From positions 1,539,823 to 1,603,822 of the forward strand of contig CAWIMX010000001.1 of assembly GCA_963837345.1 (NCBI GenBank): a stretch of DNA of 64,000 bases, in the 5' to 3' direction. The notes beneath the pieces were generated by a model. That model was not told the DNA's origin, did not search any database, and saw only the letters and a list, made by a program, of their open reading frames with translations. This stretch comes from an uncultured Acidobacteriota bacterium (GTDB lineage Bacteria; Acidobacteriota; Vicinamibacteria; Vicinamibacterales; CAVVIG01). A program made the position numbers and the translations under genes. The stretch's first letter is position 1, and each line of letters opens with the position of its first letter. Positions 10,327-18,018 of the stretch are shown here, piece after piece.

Positions 10327-11166
10327 ATGACCCCAGCAAGCACCCCGGTGCTCGTGACCACCGACTGGGTGGCCCAGCACGCCAAGGACCCCGGCGTTCG
10401 CGTTGTCGAAGTGGACGTCGACACCGCCGCCTACGATCAAGGACATATTCCGGGCGCCGTCGGATGGAACTGGTCCACCCAGCTCTGCGACACCCTCGTG
10501 CGCGACATCGTGCCGGCCAAGCAGCTCGAGGAGCTCCTCGGCCGGAGCGGCATCGACAACCAGACGACGGTGATTCTCTACGGCGACAACAACAACTGGT
10601 TCGCGGCATGGGCGTTCTGGCAGCTGAAAATCTATCGCCATGCGGACGTTCGCATCATGGACGGGGGGCGCAAGAAATGGCTGGCCGAGGGCCGCGAGCT
10701 GACGACGGAGAAGACGTCGGCGACGGCGAAATCGTACAAAGCCGGCGCGCCGGATTCCTCCCTTCGCGCGTTCCTCCCCGAAGTGCAGCAGGCCATGAAG
10801 AACAAGGCCGCATCCCTCGTGGACGTGCGAAGTCCGCAGGAGTTCACCGGGGAGATCCTCGCGCCTCCCGGACTTCCGGAGACGTGCCAGCGCGGCGGCC
10901 ACATTCCCGGCGCCAAGAACATCCCCTGGGCGAAGGCCTGCAACGATGACGGGACGTTCAAGAGTGCCGAGGAGCTGAAAGCGTTGTACGGCGCCCAGGG
11001 CGTCACCGCCGGCACGCCCGTGATTGCGTACTGCCGCATTGGCGAGCGATCGAGCCACACCTGGTTCGTCCTGAAGTACCTGCTCGGCTTCGACAACGTC
11101 AAGAACTACGACGGTTCGTGGACGGAGTGGGGCAATCTCGTGGGCGCGCCGGTCGAAAAGCCGTAG
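10327..11166 (+). CDS. sseA: thiosulfate/3-mercaptopyruvate sulfurtransferase (tandem rhodanese)
   Basis: 279 aa. LVTTDWVAQHAKDPGVRVVEVD...GHIPGA (twice), active-site loop CRIGERSSH. AAGGAGA SD. Confidence 0.85.
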   Translation: MTPASTPVLVTTDWVAQHAKDPGVRVVEVDVDTAAYDQGHIPGAVGWNWSTQLCDTLVRDIVPAKQLEELLGRSGIDNQTTVILYGDNNNWFAAWAFWQLKIYRHADVRIMDGGRKKWLAEGRELTTEKTSATAKSYKAGAPDSSLRAFLPEVQQAMKNKAASLVDVRSPQEFTGEILAPPGLPETCQRGGHIPGAKNIPWAKACNDDGTFKSAEELKALYGAQGVTAGTPVIAYCRIGERSSHTWFVLKYLLGFDNVKNYDGSWTEWGNLVGAPVEKP

Positions 11167-11168
11167 CG

Positions 11169-11390
11169 ATGAACGCCGAAGACTACTCGCGACGCGACCA
11201 GGAACTGGCGGGATGGGCAGTGTCGATCGAAACGTACCGGCTCGGGGCCGTCTACTACTGCACGATCTCCAACGTCGACCCCGGCGCGCGATTCGCGCGC
11301 GCTGAGGGCCCGACACGCGAAGCCGCGGAGCGGTCGGCGCTCGAGAAGGCCGAGCGGTACCTCGGGCAGACGCGCCGCTTCAACGTGTAG
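11169..11390 (+). CDS. hypothetical small protein
   Basis: 73-aa ORF starting 2 nt after the rhodanese stop. No domain recognised. Confidence 0.4.
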   Translation: MNAEDYSRRDQELAGWAVSIETYRLGAVYYCTISNVDPGARFARAEGPTREAAERSALEKAERYLGQTRRFNV

Positions 11391-11394
11391 CCAC

Positions 11395-11500
11395 AGCGCC
11401 ACGGAGGCACAGAGACAATGAACCACAGTGGCACTGGGACACGGAGGAGATCTTCTTCTCGGTGTCTCGGTGTCTCGGTGGTTGTGGATTGAAGATTCCG
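11395..11500. repeat. dispersed-repeat hairpin (CCACGGAGGCACAGAGACA facing GTGTCTCGGTGTCTCGGTGGTT)
   Basis: Forward and reverse copies of the same about 20-nt core form an imperfect inverted repeat in the intergenic gap. It belongs to the same family as 12620-14699 and 62823-62945. Confidence 0.7.
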
Positions 11501-11501
11501 G

Positions 11502-12332
11502 GTGCCCTCGGTGGTTCAGCCGCTGATCGTCTTCGTCGCCGGCGCCGTGGCCGGCTCGTTCGGGGCGCTGCTCGGCCTGGGCGGCGGCGTCTTCCTCGTG
11601 CCCTTTCTGAACCTCGGCATGCATCTGCCGATGACCGCGGCGGCGGGCATCAGCCTCGCGACGGTGATCGCCACGTCGACGCTCGTCTCGGCAGGTCGAA
11701 CCGGCAAGCACCTCATCAACATGCGCCTCGGGATGCTGCTCGAAGTGGCGACCGCGGCCGGCAGCGTCCTGGGCGGGCTCACGGCGCAGCTCCTCGCCCA
11801 GAGCACGCTGCAGCGGCTGTTCGGCGTCATGGCGGCGCTGTCGGCGATGGCGATGCTCGGCCGCCTCCGGCGCCGCAACGTGATTCTCGATCCGTCGGCC
11901 GAGCCGGGCCGCTTCGGCGGGCGCTATCACGAGGAGGAAAGCGGCGGGACAATCACCTATCGCGTCCGTCGCCTGCCGCTGGCAATCGCGGCGTCGTTCG
12001 TCGCCGGCAACGTGTCGTCACTGCTCGGTATCGGCGGCGGCATCATCAAGGTGCCCGTGCTCAACGCCTGGTGCGGCGTGCCCATGCGGGCGGCGGCCGC
12101 CACCAGCGCCTTCATGATCGGCGTGACCGCAACGGCCGGAGCCATCATCTACTACGGGCACGGACAGCTGATTCCCGAACTGGCCGCCGCGGCGGTGCTC
12201 GGCGTCCAGATCGGATCGCGAGCCGGCCTCCACTTCGGGGCCCGCGCGTCCGCGCTCTGGCTGAAGGTGCTCATGGCCGCCGTGCTGTTCGTGGTGGCCG
12301 CGCTGATGTTCTTTCGCGCGGGCGCGTCATGA
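11502..12332 (+). CDS. sulfite exporter TauE/SafE family membrane protein (DUF81)
   Basis: 276 aa, multi-TM, duplicated GALLGLGGGV / SSLLGIGGGII motifs. Confidence 0.85.
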   Translation: MPSVVQPLIVFVAGAVAGSFGALLGLGGGVFLVPFLNLGMHLPMTAAAGISLATVIATSTLVSAGRTGKHLINMRLGMLLEVATAAGSVLGGLTAQLLAQSTLQRLFGVMAALSAMAMLGRLRRRNVILDPSAEPGRFGGRYHEEESGGTITYRVRRLPLAIAASFVAGNVSSLLGIGGGIIKVPVLNAWCGVPMRAAAATSAFMIGVTATAGAIIYYGHGQLIPELAAAAVLGVQIGSRAGLHFGARASALWLKVLMAAVLFVVAALMFFRAGAS

Positions 12333-12619
12333 CGTCCCACCGCCTCGAGCAGGTCATCGGCGTCGTGTTTCGCGTCGGCATCGCCGTGAGTTCGGCGTGC
12401 CTGGCGGCCGGGCTTCTGCTGTCGTTGTCGGATCTGAGCGCGGAGATGGCGCCATGGCTGCTGCACGCCGGTCTGATCGTGCTGCTGGCCACACCCGTGG
12501 CGCGCGTCGTGGTGTCCGTCGTGGAGTACACGATCGAGCGCGACTGGACGTTTGCGGCGCTGACGTTGATCGTCCTGGTGGAACTGGCGGCGAGCGTGGT
12601 GGCGGCGGTGTCCCGCTGA
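12329..12619 (+). CDS. DUF1634 domain membrane protein
   Basis: ATGA overlap with the tauE stop. MTSHRLEQVIGVVFRVGIAVSSACLAAGLLL..., 96 aa, the usual partner of DUF81. The rest of the 385-aa track ORF is a shadow frame. Confidence 0.7.
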   Translation: MTSHRLEQVIGVVFRVGIAVSSACLAAGLLLSLSDLSAEMAPWLLHAGLIVLLATPVARVVVSVVEYTIERDWTFAALTLIVLVELAASVVAAVSR

Positions 12620-12835
12620 GGCGCCAACCACGGAGCCACCGGGGAAGGAACCACAGAGGCACGGAGACACCAGGGGCGGAGCCACAGAGACAGGGAGCCA
12701 CTGGAGGACGGAACCACCGAGGCGCGGAGACAGAGACACTGGCGGACTTGAACCACAGGGGCACGGAGACACTGCGGGCGGAACCACCGAGGCGCCGGGC
12801 ACCGGGAGACGGAACAACAGAGGCAGAAGGACTCT
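12620..12835 (+). repeat. degenerate about 40-bp repeat array (5-6 copies), forward orientation (AACCACAGAGGCACGGAGACAC)
   Basis: Copies at about 12650, 12712, 12750, 12791 and 12822 are spaced about 40 nt apart. Orientation is opposite to the large array at 13321-14699. Confidence 0.65.
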
Positions 12836-12915
12836 CAGGGGCAATTTGCCGAGGCACGAACGCGCCGCAGCGACAGACCAACCGACACGACACACAAAGA
12901 TCGACGAACACGGGA

Positions 12916-13287
12916 TCAGAGAATTAGACGCCTGATCCCATCCCGAAGGACCGCCGAATTGAAGTTGATCAGCAGGCCCACGCGGTTCCGTGTAAGGCGC
13001 AGATACGTCAACACCTGCGCCTCGAACACAGGGGAGAGCATGGCTACGCTCTTAACCTCGACCAGCACCCGCCCCTCGACCAGCAGATCCACGCGATACG
13101 CGCCAAGAAGGTGTCCCTTGTAGTAAGCCGGAATGGACAGCTGTCGATCGTGTGAAATCCCTTGTTCCTGGAGCTCGATTGACAACGCCTGCTCGTACAG
13201 CGGCTCGAGAAGCCCCGGGCCGAGGCCCCGATGGACTTCAATCGCCGCCGCAATCACGCGCGAGGTCGTTGCGTTGACCGCCGTCAT
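12916..13287 (-). CDS. GxxExxY protein (PD-(D/E)XK nuclease superfamily, PDDEXK_3)
   Basis: GPGLLEPLYEQAL contains the GxxExxY motif, and VDLLVEGRVLVEVKS gives D...ExK. ATG 13287 is preferred. The ORF extension to 13320 (MNRPRGHEDAE) is encoded by a repeat copy. Confidence 0.85.
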   Translation of the reverse strand: MTAVNATTSRVIAAAIEVHRGLGPGLLEPLYEQALSIELQEQGISHDRQLSIPAYYKGHLLGAYRVDLLVEGRVLVEVKSVAMLSPVFEAQVLTYLRLTRNRVGLLINFNSAVLRDGIRRLIL

Positions 13288-13320
13288 CTCCGCGTCCTCG
13301 TGCCCTCGTGGTCTGTTCAT

Positions 13321-14699
13321 ATCCGAGCCCCGTGTCTCTGTGCCCAGTGGGTTTGTCGAGCCCGAGCCTCTGTGTCTCGGCGCCTTGATGGTTTGTCGAG
13401 CCCGAACCTCTGTGTCTCGGTGCCTCAGTGGTTTGTCGAGCCCGAGCCTCCGTGTCTCGATGCCTCAGTGGTTTGTCGGGCCCGAGCCTCTGTGTCTCGG
13501 TGCCTCAGTGGTTTGTCGAGCCCGAGCCTCCGTGTCTCGGTGCCTCAGTGGTTTGTCGAGCCCGAGCCTCTGTGTCTCGGTGCCTCAGTGGTTTGTCGAG
13601 CCCGAGGCTCCGTGTCTCGGTGCCTCAGTGGTTTGTCGGCCCGAGCCTCCGCGTCTCGGTGCCTCAGTGGTTTGTCGAGCCCGAGCCTCCGTGTCTCGGC
13701 GCCTTGATGGTTTGTCGGGCCCGAGCCTCTGTGTCTCGGCGCCTTGATGGTTTGTCGGGCCCGAGCCTCCGTGTCTCGGTGCCTCGGTGGTTTGTCGAGC
13801 CCGAGTCTCCGTGTCTCGATGCCTCAGTGGTTTGTCGAGCCCGAGTCTCCGTGTCTCGGTGCCTCGGTGGTTTGTCGAGCCCGAGCCTCTGTGTCTCGGT
13901 GCCTCAGTGGTTTGTCGAGCCCGAGCCTCCGTGTCTCGGTGCCTCAGTGGTTTGTCGAGCCCGAGCCTCCGTGTCTCGGCGCCTTGATGGTTTGTCGAGC
14001 CCGAGCCTCCGTGTCTCGGTGCCTCAGTGGTTTGTCGAGCCCGAGCCTCCGTGTCTCGGCGCCTTGATGGTTTGTCAAGCCCGAGCCTCCGTGTCTCGGT
14101 GCCTCAGTGGTTTGTCGAGCCCGAGCCTCCGTGTCTCGGTGCCTCGGTGGTTTGTCGAGCCCGAGCCTCCGTGTCTCGGCGCCTCAGTGGTTTGTCGAGC
14201 CCGAGCCTCCGTGTCTCGATGCCTCAGTGGTTTGTCGAGCCCGAGCCTCCGTGTCTCGGTGCCTTGATGGTTTGTCGAGCCCGAGCCTCTGTGTCTCGGC
14301 GCCTTGATGGTTTGTCGAGCCCGAGGCTCTGTGTCTCGGCGCCTCAGTGGTTTGTCGGCCCGAGCCTCTGTGTCTCGGTGCCTCAGTGGTTTGTCGAGCC
14401 CGAGCCTCCGTGTCTCGGCGCCTTGATGGTTTGTCGAGCCCGAGCCTCCGTGTCTCGGCGCCTTGATGGTTTGTCGAGCCCGAGCCTCCGTGTCTCGGCG
14501 CCTTGATGGTTTGTCGAGCCCGAGCCTCTGTGTCTCGGCGCCTCAGTGGTTTGTCGGGCCCGAGCCTCTGTGTCTCGGCGCCTTGATGGTTTGTCGAGCC
14601 CGAGCCTCGGTGCCTCAGTGGTTTGTCGAGCCCGAGCCTCCGTGTCTCGATGCCTCGGTGGTTTGTCGAGCCTGAGGCTCTGTGGCCTCAGTGGTTGGT
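13321..14699 (+). repeat. tandem array, about 34 copies of a 40-bp unit (GTGTCTCGGTGCCTCAGTGGTTTGTCGAGCCCGAGCCTCC)
   Basis: Visible 40-nt periodicity over about 1.38 kb. Copies differ only at a few fixed positions (cctc[c/t]gtg; cg[g/a][t/c]gcct[c/t][a/g][g/a]tgg), with occasional 39-nt units. No unique spacers. Confidence 0.95.
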
Positions 14700-17600
14700 T
14701 CAACGCCCGGGCCTTTGAGCCTCCGTGGCAAATACCCGAAGCGCCTCATCCCGAATCTCGCGTTCGACCAGCGGAAACGTTCCAAGAACGTGCTCGAATT
14801 CGGGCGCGCTCAGCCTGTACAGACCGGCCACCGCTGCCTGGAGCTGGCAGTACGCCGCCCTCTGTGGCCCGCGGGCGAGCAGCCGCGCCAGGCCGGCGAT
14901 GCGGCCGAGCGCCCGAGGCTCGGTGGCAGGTGTCGGCGCCGGCAGCGCCTGCACGACGGCCGTCGTCACGTGGGTGGTGACGCGCTGGCGCACGAAGTAG
15001 TTCACGACGAAGCTGTTCAGCAGGGCGCACAGCGCGTGCTGCCGCTGCACCGGCATCGGCGTCCTCAGGCAGAAGACGGTGTGCGTCGTCACGCACCCGG
15101 CGGGGAGCAGCGCCGCGATGAGGGTGAGGCGGTTGGTGGCGCCGGCCACGTCGCGGTAGGCAAGCCTGACGCGCTCGAACGGCCGCGCGCGGAGAAGGCG
15201 ACCTGCGGTCGACGGGCTGATGGCCTGCCGCGTTCGCTGCAGATCGACGGCGAAGGGCCCGATGTGCTTGCCTTCGACGATCGGGAGCCCTGAGCCCGAC
15301 GGCACGAAATGGCGGCGGTCGTCGGTCGCGTTCAGCTCGCGTCCGAATCGAGCGCCCCAGCCGTGCCTGCTGCCGAGCGGCGGGAACAGCGCCGCGGCCC
15401 GTTCAGCCAGCGAGACGTCCATCGCGGATCGAAGATCGGGAATGGCGAAGGTGTCTCCCGACAACCGGCCGAGCAACTCCATCGACAGCTGGACGGGAAA
15501 GTCGGGCGACCGGGAGGCGCCATCGCCGAGGCGCTCGAGCACGGCCGGATCCCGCTCGCCCAATCGGCAGGCGATCGCGTGCGTCGGCGAGCCAGCTGAG
15601 GCGGTGACGAGCATGAAGCGCACGCTTCGATGAATCGGGAAGACGCCGTCGCGGTTGTCGAAGCCTGCGATGGCGTCGATGCTGGCCCGTGCGAACAGCT
15701 TCTGGCGAAGGGCGGCGCTGCCGTGATCGATCGCGACGCCGGAGGGCAGCACCAGCCCGAGGCGTCCGCCGGGCCGCGTGAGGTCGAGGGCGCGCTCGGC
15801 GAACAACTGGTAGCGATTGGGGTGGCCGGTCGTCGTGGCCGTATAGACGCCGGACGATCGCGCGAATCGAACGAGCGGACCGCCGTCGAGCCGCGCGCGT
15901 CTGCGGTCCTCGGGCGATCCGGCGTCGCCACGGACCATGTCCCAGGGCGGGTTCCCCAGCACGGCGTCGAAGCCGGGCGCGGGGAGGCGTGTGCCGGCCG
16001 GTGAAAAGAATACCTCCGGGAATTCGATCTCCCAGTGCAGGAAACGACGTCGCGTCGCGATGGCGTCGGCGTGGCCGAGGTATGCGGCGGCGGTGCCATC
16101 GGGTAGCGCGCCCCGGGCGGCGAGCACAGCGTCGGTGAGTGCGCCAAAGGCTTCCGGCGGTACGGGCGTCTCACTGGTCGAGAACCACGCGGCGCACCAC
16201 AGATCGGCGACGCGTCGCCACCGCTCCCACACATGCTGGCGACGGTGCAGCGTGGCCAGCGTCCGCTCCTTCTCGCGCACCCGCTCGATCGTGTCGCCCG
16301 GGACATTCTCGAGCGCGAATCGGAGCGGCAGAGTCGCTTCGATGGCCGGCCTCGCCGCCGCCTCGTCGAACAGCCGGGGTGGGTCGGGCCCCCCCTGCCG
16401 GCGCTCGCGGCCGGGTCGAGGCGGCCGCCCGAGTGCCGACAGCCACGCGCCGACCAGGCTGTCGCCGGTTCGCAGGCGATGATCGAGGAACGTGAGCGGC
16501 CGATCCGCGGCGAGAGTGGTCAGCCACAGCGACAGCCTGGCCAGCTGCACCGCCATCGGGTTGATGTCCACGCCGTACAGGCAGCGCTCGGCAATGGTGC
16601 GTCGAATGGTCGCCCGCTCCGCGTCGCCGATATCGGCCGGCAGACAGCCGCCGGCGTCGACGAGCGCCCGCTCGTACTCGCGCGCCAGATAGCGGCAGGC
16701 GGCAACGAGAAACGCCCCGCTGCCCATGGCGGGATCGAGCACGCGCAAGCCGAGAATTCGCTCGGGCGCCGCGTGGCGGACGAGGGGTTCGAGCGTGCGG
16801 CGCACGATGTAGTCGGCGATGGGCTGTGGCGTGTAGAAGGTGCCGCTTGCCTTCCGGAGGCCCGAGCCGGCCTCGAGCGCGACCCGCCGCCCCTCGATCT
16901 TCGGCCGGTAGTCGAGGATGGTCTCGTACACGGCGCCAAGCTGTTCGACGCCGAGGTCGTGATATCCGATGCGTTCGCGCGCGGCGCGATTGGCCGCCGG
17001 ACGGGTGGAGAGGGCCAGAACGGTTCGCCGCGCCGCCTCGTCGTCCAGGTCGCGGCGTTCGGCCAGCGGCGTGTGCGAGGGCGCGAACAGGCGGCCGTTG
17101 AACGGCGTCACGCGGAGATCGCCGGCTCGGCAGCCCGCATGCGCGAGGCGCGACATTGCCTGAAGCGCATCCCAGAAGCCCGTGGCGGCGCGCGGACGCT
17201 CGGCCATGGCGCGCAGCGCCTCGACGCTGTAGCTGTTTCGGTAGACGGGATGCCACAGCGGCATGAGCCCCCGCGCTTCGGCGAACAGGAGGAAGAGGAG
17301 GCGATAGACGATCGTCAGCGATTGTTCGTACGCACGATCGAGTGCCGACCCGTCGACCGCGCGCCGACCGCGCACGGCGAGCGAGGTCGCCACGTCGGAG
17401 GCCGCTTGCAGTACGCCATGACGAAGCGATCGACAGACGCCCGACGCGTGGCGGTCGGACGCATCCACGAGGTCGTGGAGTGCGGTCCGCGGCGGAACGC
17501 CGCCGCCGGCGAGCATCGAGGCGCGCGTCAACCGCAGGAACGCAGCCAACGCCCGGTCGTCTTCGAACGCGGCGTCGAGGTCCCATTCGAAATGCCTTCG

Positions 17601-18014
17601 CGCGTACACGCGCGCGCCGTCCACGACTCGAAGCTGGCAGCCGTTGAACAGCACACACCACGGCGACGAGCGATCGAAGGCCTGGGCCACTGCCGATGTC
17701 CACCACGATTCGAGTGGCTCGCACCAGCCCACCACGAGCAGGGCCACTCGGTGCGTCGCCGTGGCCAGAGTCGCCGCAACGGCGCGCTCCGATTCGCCGA
17801 TGGCGCACGGCGCATCGAAGCCGAGCGCTTCGGCCAGCGGACCGGCCCCGACGTCCAGTATGGCGCGCAGGCCCGACGCGGGACCCAGCGTCTGGCATCG
17901 CTCGCGCCACGCGAGCAGCCGACGCCCGGCTTCGCGATGGCGCTCGTCGCCACCTGCCGGCGTTGTCGCCAGAAACCGTTCAGAGAGAAGGTCGCCGCTG
18001 AATCCGGGCAGCAT
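14700..18014 (-). CDS. Eco57I/PglX-like N6-adenine DNA methyltransferase, 1104 aa (type IIG / BREX / DISARM-DrmMI-like architecture)
   Basis: Motif I VLDPAMGSGAFLV, motif IV LGNPPWD. Helical N-domain LTIVYRLLFLLFAEARGL. TaqI-like C-terminal specificity region. ATG 18014 lies 4 nt after the helicase stop. The first 265 codons of the 1369-aa track ORF overlap the helicase and are rejected. Confidence 0.85.
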   Translation of the reverse strand: MLPGFSGDLLSERFLATTPAGGDERHREAGRRLLAWRERCQTLGPASGLRAILDVGAGPLAEALGFDAPCAIGESERAVAATLATATHRVALLVVGWCEPLESWWTSAVAQAFDRSSPWCVLFNGCQLRVVDGARVYARRHFEWDLDAAFEDDRALAAFLRLTRASMLAGGGVPPRTALHDLVDASDRHASGVCRSLRHGVLQAASDVATSLAVRGRRAVDGSALDRAYEQSLTIVYRLLFLLFAEARGLMPLWHPVYRNSYSVEALRAMAERPRAATGFWDALQAMSRLAHAGCRAGDLRVTPFNGRLFAPSHTPLAERRDLDDEAARRTVLALSTRPAANRAARERIGYHDLGVEQLGAVYETILDYRPKIEGRRVALEAGSGLRKASGTFYTPQPIADYIVRRTLEPLVRHAAPERILGLRVLDPAMGSGAFLVAACRYLAREYERALVDAGGCLPADIGDAERATIRRTIAERCLYGVDINPMAVQLARLSLWLTTLAADRPLTFLDHRLRTGDSLVGAWLSALGRPPRPGRERRQGGPDPPRLFDEAAARPAIEATLPLRFALENVPGDTIERVREKERTLATLHRRQHVWERWRRVADLWCAAWFSTSETPVPPEAFGALTDAVLAARGALPDGTAAAYLGHADAIATRRRFLHWEIEFPEVFFSPAGTRLPAPGFDAVLGNPPWDMVRGDAGSPEDRRRARLDGGPLVRFARSSGVYTATTTGHPNRYQLFAERALDLTRPGGRLGLVLPSGVAIDHGSAALRQKLFARASIDAIAGFDNRDGVFPIHRSVRFMLVTASAGSPTHAIACRLGERDPAVLERLGDGASRSPDFPVQLSMELLGRLSGDTFAIPDLRSAMDVSLAERAAALFPPLGSRHGWGARFGRELNATDDRRHFVPSGSGLPIVEGKHIGPFAVDLQRTRQAISPSTAGRLLRARPFERVRLAYRDVAGATNRLTLIAALLPAGCVTTHTVFCLRTPMPVQRQHALCALLNSFVVNYFVRQRVTTHVTTAVVQALPAPTPATEPRALGRIAGLARLLARGPQRAAYCQLQAAVAGLYRLSAPEFEHVLGTFPLVEREIRDEALRVFATEAQRPGR

Positions 18015-18018
18015 CGGA

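Noticed and set aside
12912-12939. Hairpin GGGATCAG-N12-CTGATCCC overlapping the GxxExxY stop, as a rho-independent terminator
   Set aside because: The stem is present, but it is not followed by a U-tract on the transcribed strand. It is kept only as a note.
13321-14699. Possible CRISPR or other guide-RNA array
   Set aside because: The units are contiguous 40-bp repeats with no unique spacers. Variation is limited to a few alternating positions, and there are no cas-like genes in the window.
13133-14980. Long + strand track ORFs through the array (e.g. 13428..14267, 279 aa, repeating ...SVSRCLSGLSSPSLRVSVPQWFVEPEPPCLGASVVCRARA...)
   Set aside because: The 40-nt unit is not a multiple of 3, so all three frames are read in rotation. 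The open frames are a by-product of GC-rich repeat composition. There is no start context and no known protein similarity.
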